From Octopus bimaculoides (Eukaryota), in contig NC_068986.1 of NCBI RefSeq assembly GCF_001194135.2, positions 2,921,660 through 2,985,659 of the forward strand: a stretch of 64,000 bases of DNA, written 5' to 3'. Position numbers and translations under genes: made by a program. Positions 11,833 to 25,586 of this stretch are shown here, piece by piece; the first letter of the stretch is position 1, and each line of letters begins with the position of its first letter. The notes beneath the pieces were generated by a model. It searched no databases. It was not told the DNA's origin and saw only the letters and a program-made list of their open reading frames with translations.

Positions 11833-11939
11833 TGAAATAGAAATTAAAAGAGTGAATACGTTATAAAGATTTTTATTGCATTAAAACTGAATGCAATAAA
11901 AATTTTTATAACGTATTCACTCTTTTAATTCGTATTTCA
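11833..11939. repeat. Near-perfect inverted repeat (41-bp arms, 7-nt loop)
   Basis: 11842-11882 vs 11890-11930, one mismatch, loop AAAACTG; extends a further 9 bp with 2 mismatches. Confidence 0.95.
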
Positions 11940-12012
11940 AATTTAGTTCCTCAGGTTATGTTTATAACTTCCAACTGCTCATCAGAGAACTTCGTATAAA
12001 GATATAAATCTT

Positions 12013-12201
12013 CGTTTCCAATTTTGGTACAAAGCCAGGAATTTCGAGGAAGGGTTAAGTCGATTGCATCGACCTCAGTACTCAACAGGTACTTATTTTA
12101 TCGGCCCTGAAAGGGATGAAAGGCTGAGAACGTAAAGACGGATGAGATGCTGCTAAGCATTTTGTCCGGCTTGCTAACGATTCTGCCAGCTCGTCGCCTT
12201 A
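12013..12201 (-). mobile_element. SINE A copy with internal deletion
   Basis: Family A head and tail in reverse. Confidence 0.85.
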
Positions 12202-12981
12202 GAAAGACATAAATATTGATAGGGAAAAAGAAGTATATTTCTTGGATGCATTTTAACAACAATCCGCGTATGCTATCGTAAATGCACTTCGTTACCGTCT
12301 GCTATTTACAATGTCTGCATATATTCTTTTGTGTATGCACTTTATAATTGTCTGCTAGTTCCACTTGACATCATTTGGGGAACTAAAAGTACTAATCTCT
12401 GTCGGTTGTCGTCGATATAGAATATAAAAGAAAAGTTATGCATTAAATTCAAAATTAAAGCTATAATTACGAGAGATTTGATGGATTAGACTTTTGCTAA
12501 AAACACACTCATACATGCACGCGCGCACACATGCATACTCATACATACACACACGCGAGCGCGCGTACACATACACACAACCTACTGCTACATGAAAGTA
12601 AAATGAAATTTTTTCTCAGAAATTATCTAAAATCATTGAATTTATTCTCACAATATCAAATTCATTCCGAATTATTTAAAGTGAAAATGGTGATGACGAT
12701 GTGACATTTATAATGTCATAATGCATATCTACTGCTCCGTTTATCAAATCTAAAAGCGGTTTGAGTGCAATGTTTAGTCACTCGAGATATTAAAAGCATG
12801 TTTTATTTTCAGTGTTAGAAACCGATATTCTAAACGAAGAAAGAAAAGAAATGTAAAGAGGTCTTTTTACCCACTTTTATAGAAAAAAAGTCTAATATAT
12901 TGCTTTTGGCAGCGCATTTAATATTTGAAGCCATAATGATCTACGGTTATTCTCACGTGATTGTTACTAACAGTTATAAGC

Positions 12982-13125
12982 ATGGTTGAATGCTTAAGGA
13001 ATTCGCTTTGCAACCAGATGCTGTCGGGTTCGATTTCATTCCACTGCACTTTAGGCAAATGTCTTCTACCATAGATTTTTCGCCGATCAAATTCTTGTGA
13101 ATTATATATTGGTAAATTGTGTGGG
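12982..13125 (+). mobile_element. SINE B-like 5' half, old
   Basis: GGGTTCGATTTC B box followed by TTAGGCAAATGTCTTCTACCATAG core. Confidence 0.65.
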
Positions 13126-13361
13126 ATACTTCCCGAAGAACCATTCTTCTCTGATCTGTCATTCGGTTTAACTGATTCTGGGGTGCTTTTAATAGAATAC
13201 ACTCTATTGTAAACATTCAAACCAAGTCTTCGGTCTGAGGATAACCCTTTTCACTGTCTTCCACCAGTTTTGGAGTCCCTGAAAAAAGGATAAAGGGGCC
13301 TACTTTTCCTCCCCTAAGCAAGAGACAAAAGGCAAATAACAACAATGACGACAGCAGCAAC

Positions 13362-13945
13362 AATAACACTCCTTTCTCCTATAGGTACAAGGTCTGAATT
13401 TTGTGGGAGGGAGATGGTCTGTTATATCGACCGCATCACTCAACTGGTACTTATTTTATCGACTTCGAAAGGATGGAAGGCAAAGTCGACCTTGGCGGAA
13501 TTTGAACTCAGAACGTGAAGACAGACGAAATACCGCTAAGCATTTCGCCCGGCGTGCTGACGACTACGCCAGCTCGCCGCCTTAACAATAACAGTAATAA
13601 TAATAATAATCTTTTCTTCTATAGGCACAAGGCCTGGAATTTGAGGGGATGAAGATAGACGATCACATCGACCCCCAGTACTTGACTGGTACTTAATTTA
13701 TTGACCCCGAGAGGATGACAGACAAAGTCAACATCGGCAGAATTTGAACTCAGGACGTGAAGATGGACGAAATGTCGCTAAGCATTTTATCCGGCGTGCT
13801 AACGGTTCTGTCAATTCACAACCTTTATCCCAAGTAATGCTAATTTTTGATTCAAGCACAAATGTAGAGGTTTCGACTCCAGTAATTTGGCTGGTGCTTT
13901 ATTTTATCAGCCCCGGAGGAAAGAAAGTCAAGTTGGCATACACAT
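13362..13945 (-). mobile_element. Array of three SINE A copies or fragments
   Basis: About 13362-13584, 13590-13822 and 13824-13945, with an (AAT)n tail between the first two. Confidence 0.85.
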
Positions 13946-14242
13946 ACATGTATGTGTGCTTGTTACATATATGTGTTAGTTGCAGCTTTTGTCTAATTGT
14001 ATTGTATTATGTTGAGCGGGGAGGGTTGGCTAGTTAAGCTTTATCTTAAAATAGGTGATATACAACTGGGTATATGACTCTCTAAAACGCCAACTGTCTC
14101 AATGTCTCATATTCGTTTTTGTTGAAATATTTTATTTTGGCAGCCATTTGTTGACCGTTTTATAACTTCTCTTTCTTTTCTTAATAACTTGAAACTATGA
14201 CAGTTCTTTTATTAAATATACCCCTTTGTACTAAGGGGGCAG

Positions 14243-14377
14243 CTATTTATTTCACCGACCCCGAAAGGTGAAAAGTAAAGTTGACCTCGGTGACATTTGA
14301 AATCAGAATGTAAAGTCGAAAGAAATGTCGCTATGCATTTTGTCCGGCGTGCTAGCGACTCTGCCAGCTCACTGCTT
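14243..14377 (-). mobile_element. SINE A 5' portion
   Basis: AAAGTTGACCTCGGTGACATTTGAAATCAG...CTGCCAGCTC. Confidence 0.8.
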
Positions 14378-14631
14378 CATCCTTTATTAAACATAATAAA
14401 TGTTGTTTTCTCCTCTTTCTCCTTTTCCTATTCTGTTTCAATTCGTTACGACTCATTCGCATAGTCACACACACACACGCACATGCGCACACAACCCCCG
14501 CACCCAAATACACACGTGAATTCATTTGAAGCTAATGACTCATCTCGTCGCTAATGTACTCACAAGGTAGAAACTGAGTCAGCTATGTGCGAATAAATTC
14601 CCATATCAAACACTTCCCCCTCTGTTTATGC

Positions 14632-14689
<58 letters not shown>

Positions 14690-14795
14690 GCATACATGTG
14701 TGTGTGTGTATATATATATATATGTATGTATATGTACACACACACACACACACACACACGCACGCACATACATATATGTATATATAAATAAATGT

Positions 14796-15085
14796 AAGGC
14801 ACGTGACGTGGTGGTTAGGGTGTTGCTCTCAGTATCACGAGATTGCGCTTTCGATTCCCAGACTGGTGACACATTGTTTCCTTCAGCAAAACACTTCATT
14901 TTACATTGTTCCAGTCCCCTCAGCTATAAACGGATAACCCTGCGACTGAGTAACTTTCCATTCAGGGGGAATATTGGCTTGCTCGCCTAGCCAGCGACGT
15001 GGTATCATTTGTAAGAGAAAACGATACAAAGCGCATTGTGATCAGAGATGTATAACAAAATCCAGTTGTCTGTCCGATGACATGA
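14796..15085 (+). mobile_element. tRNA-derived SINE, C-related core with a different 3' part
   Basis: GTGGTGGTTAGG A box, TTCGATTCCC B box, AAAACACTTCATTTTACATTGTTCCAGTCCCCTCAGCT core; a similar fragment lies at about 18140-18285. Confidence 0.7.
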
Positions 15086-15545
15086 TACACACACACACAC
15101 ACACACTTGTCCATTGCAAACATTTGGAACGAGTCACTGGTCTGAAGACGACTTCCTCTTTCACTACCAAATAACTTAGAAGATCGTGAAAAGGTGGGGG
15201 GGGGGGCATTAGGTGCTTCCCTTCCTTCTTTGACTAAGTCATCAAATGTCTACAACTATAGCTGAGTGATATTTGAAGGTATCGTAAAAAATGAAAGGAA
15301 AAAAGGCGGAACAGACAATATCAATATTATTTGTAATCAAAACGAAGTGAAAACTGTATCTCAATGTAGTCATTTAACCTGTTAGATATAGAAGCTAAAA
15401 TTCCCTCAGATCAGCCTTATCAACTTTAAAAAGGAAGGAAACATGTATCCAGGATATAATTCGGAATACGTTGTGCCTTCAACGAAGACGTGACAATCAC
15501 TTGTCAATGACGGTTGATCGCAGTGCAAGATTGTGGCGAAGCAAC

Positions 15546-15763
15546 TATTTCTAATTTAGGACAATATCAGCATTTTTGGAGGGAGGAAGTTAGTCAATAC
15601 CACTGATCGAAATATTTGACTGGTACTTTAGTATATCGGTTCTGAAAGGATGAATGACAAAGTAGATCACAGCAGGGTTTGAACTGAGAATGTAAAGCGC
15701 TGGAACAAATACCGCAGGGCATTTCTCCGACGCTCCATTGATTTTCCCAGCTCGCCGCCTTTA
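15546..15763 (-). mobile_element. SINE A copy, old
   Basis: Family A motifs in reverse. Confidence 0.8.
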
Positions 15764-16377
15764 ACCTAGGGCTAAAGAACAGGAGCAATAATGATAATAA
15801 TAACAACAACAACAATAACAACAACGATAACAAAATGCCGAGCCAGTGAGGGGATACATAAAAAGAGCAGACAGAAAAAGTACCAACAGTTAATTCTCTA
15901 TAAAGTAAAAGAGAAAAATAAAGAAAAGAAAAAGACCTGAAACAAGAAAAGGGTGAAGATCAAGTCAATATTGGTTGGTGAAAAAGGCGGAGAAATGTCA
16001 AAAGTTGGAAAACAAATGAGCAAGATAATTAAAGAAAAACAAATGGTGAAGGAAAGAAGTGACTCTGATGGTAAATGACTGTGAGAATTAGAAGCTATGT
16101 TGAGAAACAAACAGTGTTTAATTGTGGAAACGAAGACTGAATGAAGAACCACACGCCTGCGGTTGAAATCCCGCCTGCGGTTGAAATCCCGCCTGCAGTT
16201 AGAATTGAAACGTCCGATGACGAAGGCTCTGAAAATTTACATAAACAAAAACAAAGATAAACATAAAAATACAAAATATACGGTTTAGGTTTTAGCACTA
16301 AATCGTTAACACTACTAAGCTTTCATTATCAAACACTAACATTAAGCCTTTAAAACTAAAGCATTAATATTAAAGCA

Positions 16378-16429
16378 TACAACAACGACGGCAACAAGAA
16401 CAAGAACAACAACAACAGCAACAACAACA

Positions 16430-16489
<60 letters not shown>
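16378..16489. repeat. (CAA)n/(TAC)n microsatellite
   Basis: Direct observation; source of the poly-V ORF. Confidence 0.95.
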
Positions 16490-16490
<1 letters not shown>

Positions 16491-16519
16491 AAATCGGGAT
16501 CAAATTTGGGACTACAGAA

Positions 16520-16796
16520 TAAAATGATGAAATTGCAAGAAAAATCCCTAGGTAGCCAATAACAGAAAAAGCTGAACAGAGTTGCAATAATTAGAGAAAA
16601 AACTCAAGACTAAAAAGCGCGGGACTCAACTCAGAGACTGAAGGGTTCTTGATCAAAGCTTCGCCACAAGAAACCACCTAAAACATATAAAGAAGCAAAA
16701 TGCAGTAACTTAAGAGTATGTGGATATGGAGGAAAAAACAACCAAATCATTTCTGGCTGCCCAGTTTAAACCAAAAGGGAATATATACACAAACAT
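16520..16796 (+). mobile_element. R4/Dong-clade non-LTR retrotransposon fragment (zinc-knuckle region)
   Basis: 16616-16796 translates with a frameshift and stops to SAGLNSETEGFLI...SNLRVCGYGGKNNQIISGCPV*TKKEYIHKH, matching the ETEG...CRxCxxxxETxxHIxSGCxxLAxxEYxxRH signature of restriction-like-endonuclease (RLE) elements. Confidence 0.75.
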
Positions 16797-16831
16797 ATCC
16801 CTGCACTAATTGACCAGATATTGTTAAAAAC

Positions 16832-17008
16832 CACCAGGCCTAAAATTTTGGAGGAGGGGAAATTGTTGATGATATCGACTGATACTTATTTCATTAACCC
16901 CGCAGGATGAAAGGCAAAGTGGACGTCGATGGTATTTGAGCCCAAAACATAAAAGCGAGAAGAAATGCCGTTAAGCATTTTGTTCGATGCGCTTACGATT
17001 CTGCCACC
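16832..17008 (-). mobile_element. SINE A copy
   Basis: Family A motifs in reverse. Confidence 0.8.
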
Positions 17009-17362
17009 TGGGGAGAAAAATTGCATCGTTATGGATTATCAAAATAACTAGCCTGAAAGGAAGATAAGCTCCGTAAAAGGAAGATGCTGAAGTTACCAAC
17101 GGCTAGCTTTATATGGAGTGACTTGGGGCTCATACTGAAAATTCATCATCGATGTTACTCAATCGGTCGAAGCGGTAAAGCATCGAAGAAAATGTCTCGA
17201 AGCCTTTACTTATATCTCTTTATAACTTCTGTGTTTAAATCACTCTCACATCAACTTAGTTTTTCATCTTTCGCCGATCGAGAGCAGAAAGTAACTGTAA
17301 AATACTGCGGTAGATCTACTCTTTTATATCTGTCTCCAAAATGTGTAGCTCTGTGTCCAAAT

Positions 17363-17438
<76 letters not shown>

Positions 17439-17478
17439 TACATGTACGTATGTATATATATATATATATGTGTGTGTG

Positions 17479-17548
<70 letters not shown>

Positions 17549-17977
17549 AATATATATATATATACACACATATATATGCATACATACACACACGCATACA
17601 TATACGTGCATATGTACATATGTCTACGTATACACACACAAACACACATCCACACACATATTCAAATGACGTCTTTCTCGTTAGGTAAAATAACAGAAAC
17701 TTGACATCGTATGATAATATTGCTTCATAAACCTTCACGTCCGGTTCAGTGTCGACTAGGAAGTGGGATGCAGTTATAAAATAACACAAACCGTTGTTAT
17801 ATATGACGGACAGTACAGATTTTTCCTTGGTTTCCTTACAAGGACCTTCTTGCTTTCATTTAGAAGCTATCATCTATTAATGTCACTTTCAATTGGCGTC
17901 ATGTAAATGAAGGACAAATCTATTTTTCTTACCGAGGTGCAAACCTGTCACTAACATAGCCAACCTTCTGAAATTTC

Positions 17978-18026
<49 letters not shown>

Positions 18027-18399
18027 GTGTCTCTCTCTCTGTCTCTCTGTCTCTCTCTGTCTCTCTCTCTCTCAACCTATTTATCTATCTATCGCATTTG
18101 TTTATACTTTAACATACTTATATTGTCCCAGTCGTGAAAGTGCGTGGCTTAGTGGTCAGAGATGTTCCACCCACGATCTAAATATTGTGGTTTCAATTCC
18201 TGAATAGAGTGGCGCAATGTGTTCTTGAGCCAAGGCACTTCATTTCACGCTACTCCAGTCATCTCAACTGGAAATGAGTACCAGTTGAGCGCTAATACAG
18301 CTCTCTCTTAGAAGTGCCGCTGTGTCAAAAAGTCGGAGAGTCGAGAGAATGTCTGCATTTATTCGTGATTTTTCATGAAAAATAAATTTGGATGCTCTC

Positions 18400-18545
18400 C
18401 AGAATCATTCTTGAAAGTATCTCGTTGTTTTGTCAACCATTCGGCTAACTTATGTACTTTTTTGGCAAAGAATGCTTATGTGAGCAAACACTTCCAGAAT
18501 AAAACGGTTTCATCCACATTAAAGATCTGTCTATCATCAGGTTTT
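18400..18545 (-). mobile_element. Tigger/pogo-type DDE_1 transposase fragment
   Basis: Minus frame reads QIFNVDETVLFWKCLLT*, matching the QIFNxDETGLFWK motif around the first catalytic Asp. Confidence 0.75.
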
Positions 18546-18589
18546 TTTTCTTTAAGCCATGGAAACATAGGCATCGTTGTGTATAAGCA

Positions 18590-18727
18590 CGGGCATGGGC
18601 AACAACCTAGTTTCGGGTTCGGTCCCACTGCATGGCACCTTGAACAACTTTCTATTATAGCACCCGACCAACCAATGTCTTATACGTGAAAATGGTAGAT
18701 GGAAACATGTACTGAATCCCATTGTGT

Positions 18728-18774
<47 letters not shown>

Positions 18775-18860
18775 CGTGTGTGTGTGTGTACCTTTGTGTT
18801 TATGTCTGTCTCCCCATTGCTTGACAACCGAGGCTGGTTTATTTACATTACCATAAATCA
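18590..18860 (+). mobile_element. SINE B, decayed, with internal (TG)n
   Basis: GGGTTCGGTCCCACTGCATGGCACCTTG head, internal microsatellite, TTGCTTGACAACCG 3' part. Confidence 0.75.
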
Positions 18861-20284
18861 TCAGTTTACAAAAAACAAGCAACAAAAACTCTGAAACAAT
18901 GAACACTTCCGCTGCTGTTTACCAGTCGTTGCTATGGCAGCAGAATATGCTCGCTACGAGATCATTTTCTTTTTTCTCTCTCTCTCTCTCTCACTCCCTC
19001 CCTCTCTTTACCTCTCTCACTCCACCTCCCTCTCTCTCTCTCTCTTTTTACACCGGATTGTGTTGTATGAAATTTAGCTGTTAAATAAAAAACCGGTTAG
19101 AATTAATTAACCGAGTTAACTAGAGACGCGTTAATCGAAACCATCTTTAGCAAAGAAGTGTGTGTGTGTGTGTGTGTGTAACAGCGACTTTTCTAATACA
19201 TACATCACTAACAAGTAGTGGACAGCCCAAGATTATGGCAGAAGAGACACTTGCCCAAGATGTCATGTAGTAATCGGATCGCGGTTTAATTTCTTAATTA
19301 CAAACCCATGCTTGCATTTAGTTACCTAATCAATTACATATCATGCCGGACAAAAAATAAACTAGTTGATTTTATCCGTTATGTTTGTAATTTTGCACTT
19401 TCTTCTGTTCACTAAAAACCAAAAGTCTACTCAAATCCTCCTCAATGACATGCAGAAACATCAGACGAATAAGATTTGCCATCGTCTGCTGCAGAAAAAA
19501 ATTCATACAAATACTGAAGAATATCGAAGTACATTTATGTTCTTACGACATATATAATGTGTGTGTGTGTGTGTGTGTGTGTGCGCGTATATGTATGTAT
19601 GTATATCTAAGAGCAGAATTAAGATGGAAAGTTTAGTTTACCTTTTTATTGTAACAACATATATTAAATAATCTTTACACATGTTTCACTAACAGATACC
19701 AGAATGTTGTGCGGTAATCGTTATGTAGATAATTGCATAATCACCTTGAAACGCCAGATCTTCAGAAGAAAATAATTTAATCCATAATTATTCATCGATT
19801 GGTATACAGTGCTAAATGAGAACTGCATGTAAATTTTGGAGAACATTTTATATATATATATATAGCTGTTAGGTAAAGTGAGGACATTATTATTTTCTCA
19901 GTGAGATAAAGAGAGAAAAAATAAAAGCTCCACGTCTAAACTATCGTCGATGTAAAAATTGAAGTTAGCGGTGATAAATGGTCCAGAGGTTTGTATGGGA
20001 GATAAAACAAAGTTGGACTGAATGTACTTGTACATGCATACACACGCACACGCGTGCACATGCACACACTCACACATACACACACACATAAGGGATCAGA
20101 CACTATGGATCTTTATTATGAAATGTAGTTGCGGCATAAGTCACGGTTCTCATGAAACAGCTGCCAAAATAAGACTGTTACATAACATCTTTTGTTCATT
20201 TTGTATCTTTTATTTTGCACTCTGTATTTTGTATTTCACGTAAATATTGTTATTAAGCCTAATTGTGTTAATCCACCTACCTAC

Positions 20285-20614
<330 letters not shown>

Positions 20615-21170
20615 TTTATTTAAAAGCAGCAGAAATATAACAAAAACTGTTACTCGGAGTTTCACGTTCCCGTTCATCGGACATACATATATGTGTGTGT
20701 GTGTTTGTGTGTGTGTGTATGTGTGCGTGCGTGTGCATGTACGTATATGTATTAAGTGTGACATCATCCTTTTTCACTTGAAAGAAATAGTTACTCAGCA
20801 TTTCAGTAATTTTGCTCACACCCTGCACTATTGTGACATCATTTGCAGCTAAGCAAATGGTCACTCGACCTCAAATCACACGTTAATACCTGAAATCTAA
20901 CGTCTTAAATCTCCTGTTTTAAACCTACTATCTTAAATACTATTTTAAACCTGCCCCGTGTAAGAAGGAAAGTAGTCCCCATGGTTTGTTATAGAAACTT
21001 CAAGACAGGTGGGGTGGGGGAGTGGGGAGATATCCTCAAACCGTAAACCTCGCTTGAATGCTTCCAACAGAATGGACTCCTGTGTGCGCGTGTCTGTGTT
21101 TATGTGTGTGTGTGTGTATTTTTATGTACGTTTATACATGATGATTAGAAAGTAACTTTAGCATTTAAAT

Positions 21171-21507
21171 CAGTAGTTCTCAAAGGGGGTCCGTAAGGCT
21201 CCTGAGTGCCCATATAAGATCTTTGGGGGTCCACGCAACAAAATGGTAAATTAAGGACCCACAATAGTATTTTAAGGGCCTCTGAAAAAAGTTTTTCTTT
21301 AGATGTATGTACTGCTATGTATTGCAAGAAACAGCTTTTTCTAACATTTTACGTAGTTCAACCTGCACAAATTAAAGTGAGAAAAACAAAATAAGAATTT
21401 TGAAAGAAGATTCTATGAAACTAATTTTTTAACATTAAATGGCTATGGGGGTCCATCAGAATAAAATAGTATTTCAGAGAGGTCCAAAAAATTGTTGAGA
21501 GCTCCTG
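21171..21507. mobile_element. hAT (Charlie-like) MITE
   Basis: Ends CAGTAGTTCTCAA...TTGAGAGCTCCTG; 8-bp flanks ATTTAAAT (21163-21170) and ATTTGAGT (21508-21515) differ by two transitions. Confidence 0.75.
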
Positions 21508-21694
21508 ATTTGAGTGATGCATAAACTTTTTTTAAAAAAATTTTATTACAATTTTGTTTCATACAAAATATTATCTTTGTTATTTTATTGTGGAAATCAT
21601 TTGATGCATATGTGAGTGTGTATGTGTGTGTATTTGTGTGTGCGTGCGTGCTGTGTACGTTTTTGTTGGTGTAAACTGGCTAAGAGTGTATATA

Positions 21695-21940
21695 TCGACA
21701 GAGTCGTTAGAGCATCTGACAGATTACATTATTGTATTTGATCCGACTCTGTGCCGAGAGTTCAAATCACACCATGGTCAACTTTGCCTTTCAACTTTTC
21801 GGTGTCGATAAAAAAATGTACTTGTTTAGGCTGGTAGATAAGTGAAATTGTAAGAATGCCAGACCGGATGCCTTGCAGTGTTTATTCCGACTTTTTGCGT
21901 TCCGAGTTGAAATCCTGCTTTGGTCTACTTGCATTCTAGA
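21695..21940 (+). mobile_element. Two old SINE A-like 5' fragments
   Basis: GAGTTCAAATC...GGTCAACTTTGCCTTTCA and GAGTTGAAATCC...GGTCTACTTTGC. Confidence 0.65.
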
Positions 21941-22646
21941 CATAACCCGCAACCAAGTTTGACACCACCACTTTGAATCTTAGGTGCCTTTACAGAAGTC
22001 CACCTTGTTATAAATATTCGGACCAGGCTTCCGGTTTGAGGATAATGCCCATCCTACTCACCTGACTTGGAGAATCCTATAGCGTGTCACGTTGACTACG
22101 TTCCCTCCTGGCTAAAACAATAAACGTAAGTTCTTACACAGGGCAAATTTAAAACAATATTTAAGATTACAAATTAAAGACACAATAGGTTTGAAAAAAG
22201 TGTGTTTGAGACAGATTTAATCCTTTGGATTTCAGAATTATCTCTCTATATAATACTTATTTGTTGATATAGTTTTGAATTTATTATGCATTATCGCGTA
22301 GCTTCTAGATTTTGATGATGTAATTATTTATTTTTAGAATGACATTATTGGGTAGGCCGGTTTTGACATAAAACAGATAGATTATTTGGATATGATGTGA
22401 CCGGTTTAAACACTAAAGCGTTAACACGTTATCGTGTGAGTTGAGTTCGAATGACCATTTGTTTAGCTGCATATGACGCCAGAAATAGTGCAGGGTGTGA
22501 GCAAAGTTGCAGAAACGCTGAGTAATAGTTTCTTTCGAGGGAAAAAGGACGTCAGGTATAGATAAAAAGAAATGGAGAAATTGATAGCTTTAATAAAATG
22601 TAATATAAAAGAAATCAAAAATAAAAGTAAACCGGGCATACGAATG

Positions 22647-22726
<80 letters not shown>

Positions 22727-23403
22727 AAAGAAATATATATATTAAATATATACATATGTGTGTGTGTGTGAAAGAAAATGCGTACAATAAATATAAACAC
22801 GATTTGTTGCTTTTATCAACATGTGCCACCAAGAAAAAAAATTAATTAAAATCTGAAAATACAATGGAATCAACGCCAGGTGGATTCAAACGTTTGAAAT
22901 GCTGACACAATAGAATTATAAAATGGTTTTCTCCAATTTTTTTTTTTTGACAATTTTTATTTTATTTTGAAAGATCTTTACGAAAGCTCTTTGTGACATT
23001 TATGTGCTTTGCCGGGTTCATAAACAATGAATGCCAAATGAAACAGCAACAACTGAGATTTGAACCCGTGTCACGGACACAGCTTAATGGGTGCTATGAT
23101 TATATTCTACAATGCTCACACACATTCGAATGAAGCGCGGAGGTGGGTTTTACATGGTCACTCAGCCTTCTAGAAATAGTAGCTGAATATCCTTCAAATC
23201 ACACACTGCTGTGTGAACGAGCACATGTTTATCAAGGATGATATAATCTTATATATATATGTATATATATATATATATATAAACATAATTAAGGGATCAG
23301 CAAACATTTGCTTCACCACATACTGAAGTTCAGAAATAGCAGCTAAAAAAGCTGAGACTCCAACAGATAGCATTACTAGCATTACTTGTATATATATATA
23401 TAC

Positions 23404-23449
<46 letters not shown>

Positions 23450-23553
23450 CGTAAAATGAAAACAGAACACAAAGGATTCCGCGGTACACGTGTTTCAAGC
23501 TTTATACACAAACAATCGTTGCATCATTATATGAGTATATAATTGATAGAAAG

Positions 23554-23601
<48 letters not shown>

Positions 23602-24069
23602 AAGACTGATAGAGATAGGGATATGTTAATCAAAATCTACAGTATTACACATCCATTTCTGCCGATCTTATCAATTAGTTTCGTTTTGGGTACTAGATCA
23701 CCAATATTTGATAACAGTGCGGTTAAGTAATACCATGTTCTCATCAGAGAAGGAAAAAATGTAATAAGAAAAAGAAAGACTATCTTAGACGACCACACAC
23801 ACGCACACACACACACACACACACACATACCTTTAAATAAAGACAGAATGGATTATCGTCGAGTTAACACATTCGATGATAGGCTCCATCAGGGGTTGAC
23901 AAGGGCTAAGGTGCATAACAACAACATGACTTAACTCCTTGGTGGGATTTTTCGGGTAGCATCGTGGTACACGCCATATTTTAGACATTTTCAAATCTCC
24001 TGGAGCTCATCCCACTCTACATCTGAGCTCAGCCGAAAGAGAGAAAATCAGAGAGAAACAGAAAGAAAA

Positions 24070-24230
24070 ATCGATTCCAGTGCAAGATTGGCACTTTATT
24101 TATCGACCTTGAAAGGCGAAAGGCAAAGTTGACCTCGGTGGGGCTTGAACTCATATCACAGAGAGTTAAAACGATTGCTGCTACGAATTCTGCCCGTCGC
24201 TTAAATGACTCTACTCACCAACCGTCTTAA
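24070..24230 (-). mobile_element. SINE A copy, old
   Basis: AAGGCAAAGTTGACCTCGG core in reverse orientation. Confidence 0.7.
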
Positions 24231-24437
24231 AAACGACGACCATAACAACAACAACAATGACAACAGCAACAACAACGATGACAACAACAACAATGGCTAT
24301 GCTTCCACATGAACTCGGTGCTATGTCATCAGTAAGACGATTACGGTGACATAGAAATGTTTACAATTGTTGTTAAATAAAGTTTGCCGTCTGGATGTTG
24401 GAATAATTTTACGCTGTTGTTTATGTTCGAGCACTTC

Positions 24438-24439
<2 letters not shown>

Positions 24440-24535
<96 letters not shown>
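24440..24535. repeat. (CT)n microsatellite
   Basis: Direct observation. Confidence 0.97.
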
Positions 24536-24536
<1 letters not shown>

Positions 24537-25528
24537 ACTCTCTGCTTCTCTCTCCATCTCTGTTTCTTTGTCTCTATCTGTCTGTCTTTCTCTCTCTCCC
24601 CTCTCCCTCTAATTTTCGCTGTATGATTGTATATTTGCTTGAGTAAATGTGTATTATGCATACATACATACATACATACATATGTGCGTGTGTGTGTGTG
24701 TATGTATATATGTATATTGTACATACATTCACTCATAGATATACACAAATACTTATACATGCATGCTTAAACACACACACACACACACAGGTACACGCAC
24801 ACACACATATATCTTACACTTTGTAAACTCCGAATACATGACGTATATAAGAAAAAAAATATACATTGAAAAAAAAAGGTAAACTGTACGAATAGGAGGA
24901 ATTTAAATTGAAAGTCAAACAGAAAGGAATTATCGAGAGATGATAGGAAGTTGATCCTGTAAAGATAATATTTAAGTTTCTAGTTTGAATAAATAGAGAG
25001 TAGGTCTTTAAAGACAAATGACAAACGTAATATGTCTTTTCGCTGTGAGGTATCTTGGGAAAGGGAGTTACTTTGGTTAGTTATATATACTTGAGCACTA
25101 ACTGCAGACCTTCTAATCTCCGTTTTCTTTTAAATTTCAAATCTGCGAGTATTCAAGTTAAATGTTAACTCTACTTGTTTTCGCCAGTGAATAAAAAATT
25201 TAAAAAAAACATAGATATATACATGTTTAAAATTCTACCTGTTTAAAATTTTATCTGATGAAAAACATATAAATAGATTCTACCAGAACAGGTGTCGTAA
25301 ACTTTAAACGCCATTTGTGTTTGCATTTTATACCTCCGTCACACGAAGAACCAACCCCTGAGTCGGACCTGTGACTTAAATTGGATTTGGTACTTGTATA
25401 TCTACGGTATCCAACAAAGACTTCATGTTTTCACTGTTGTCTAACTCACTGTGAATTCTCTGTTACCCGTACCTAGCCATAGTCACCGAAAGATCTAGAT
25501 GTCCTGTGAAGTAACTTGTGATGCGCAT

Positions 25529-25586
<58 letters not shown>

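Noticed and set aside
11955-11995. CTGATGA...GAAG on the minus strand as a hammerhead
   Set aside because: Stem I is out of register and stem II cannot form.
17084-17704. 206-aa ORF
   Set aside because: Over half is microsatellite; the unique part has no recognisable motif.
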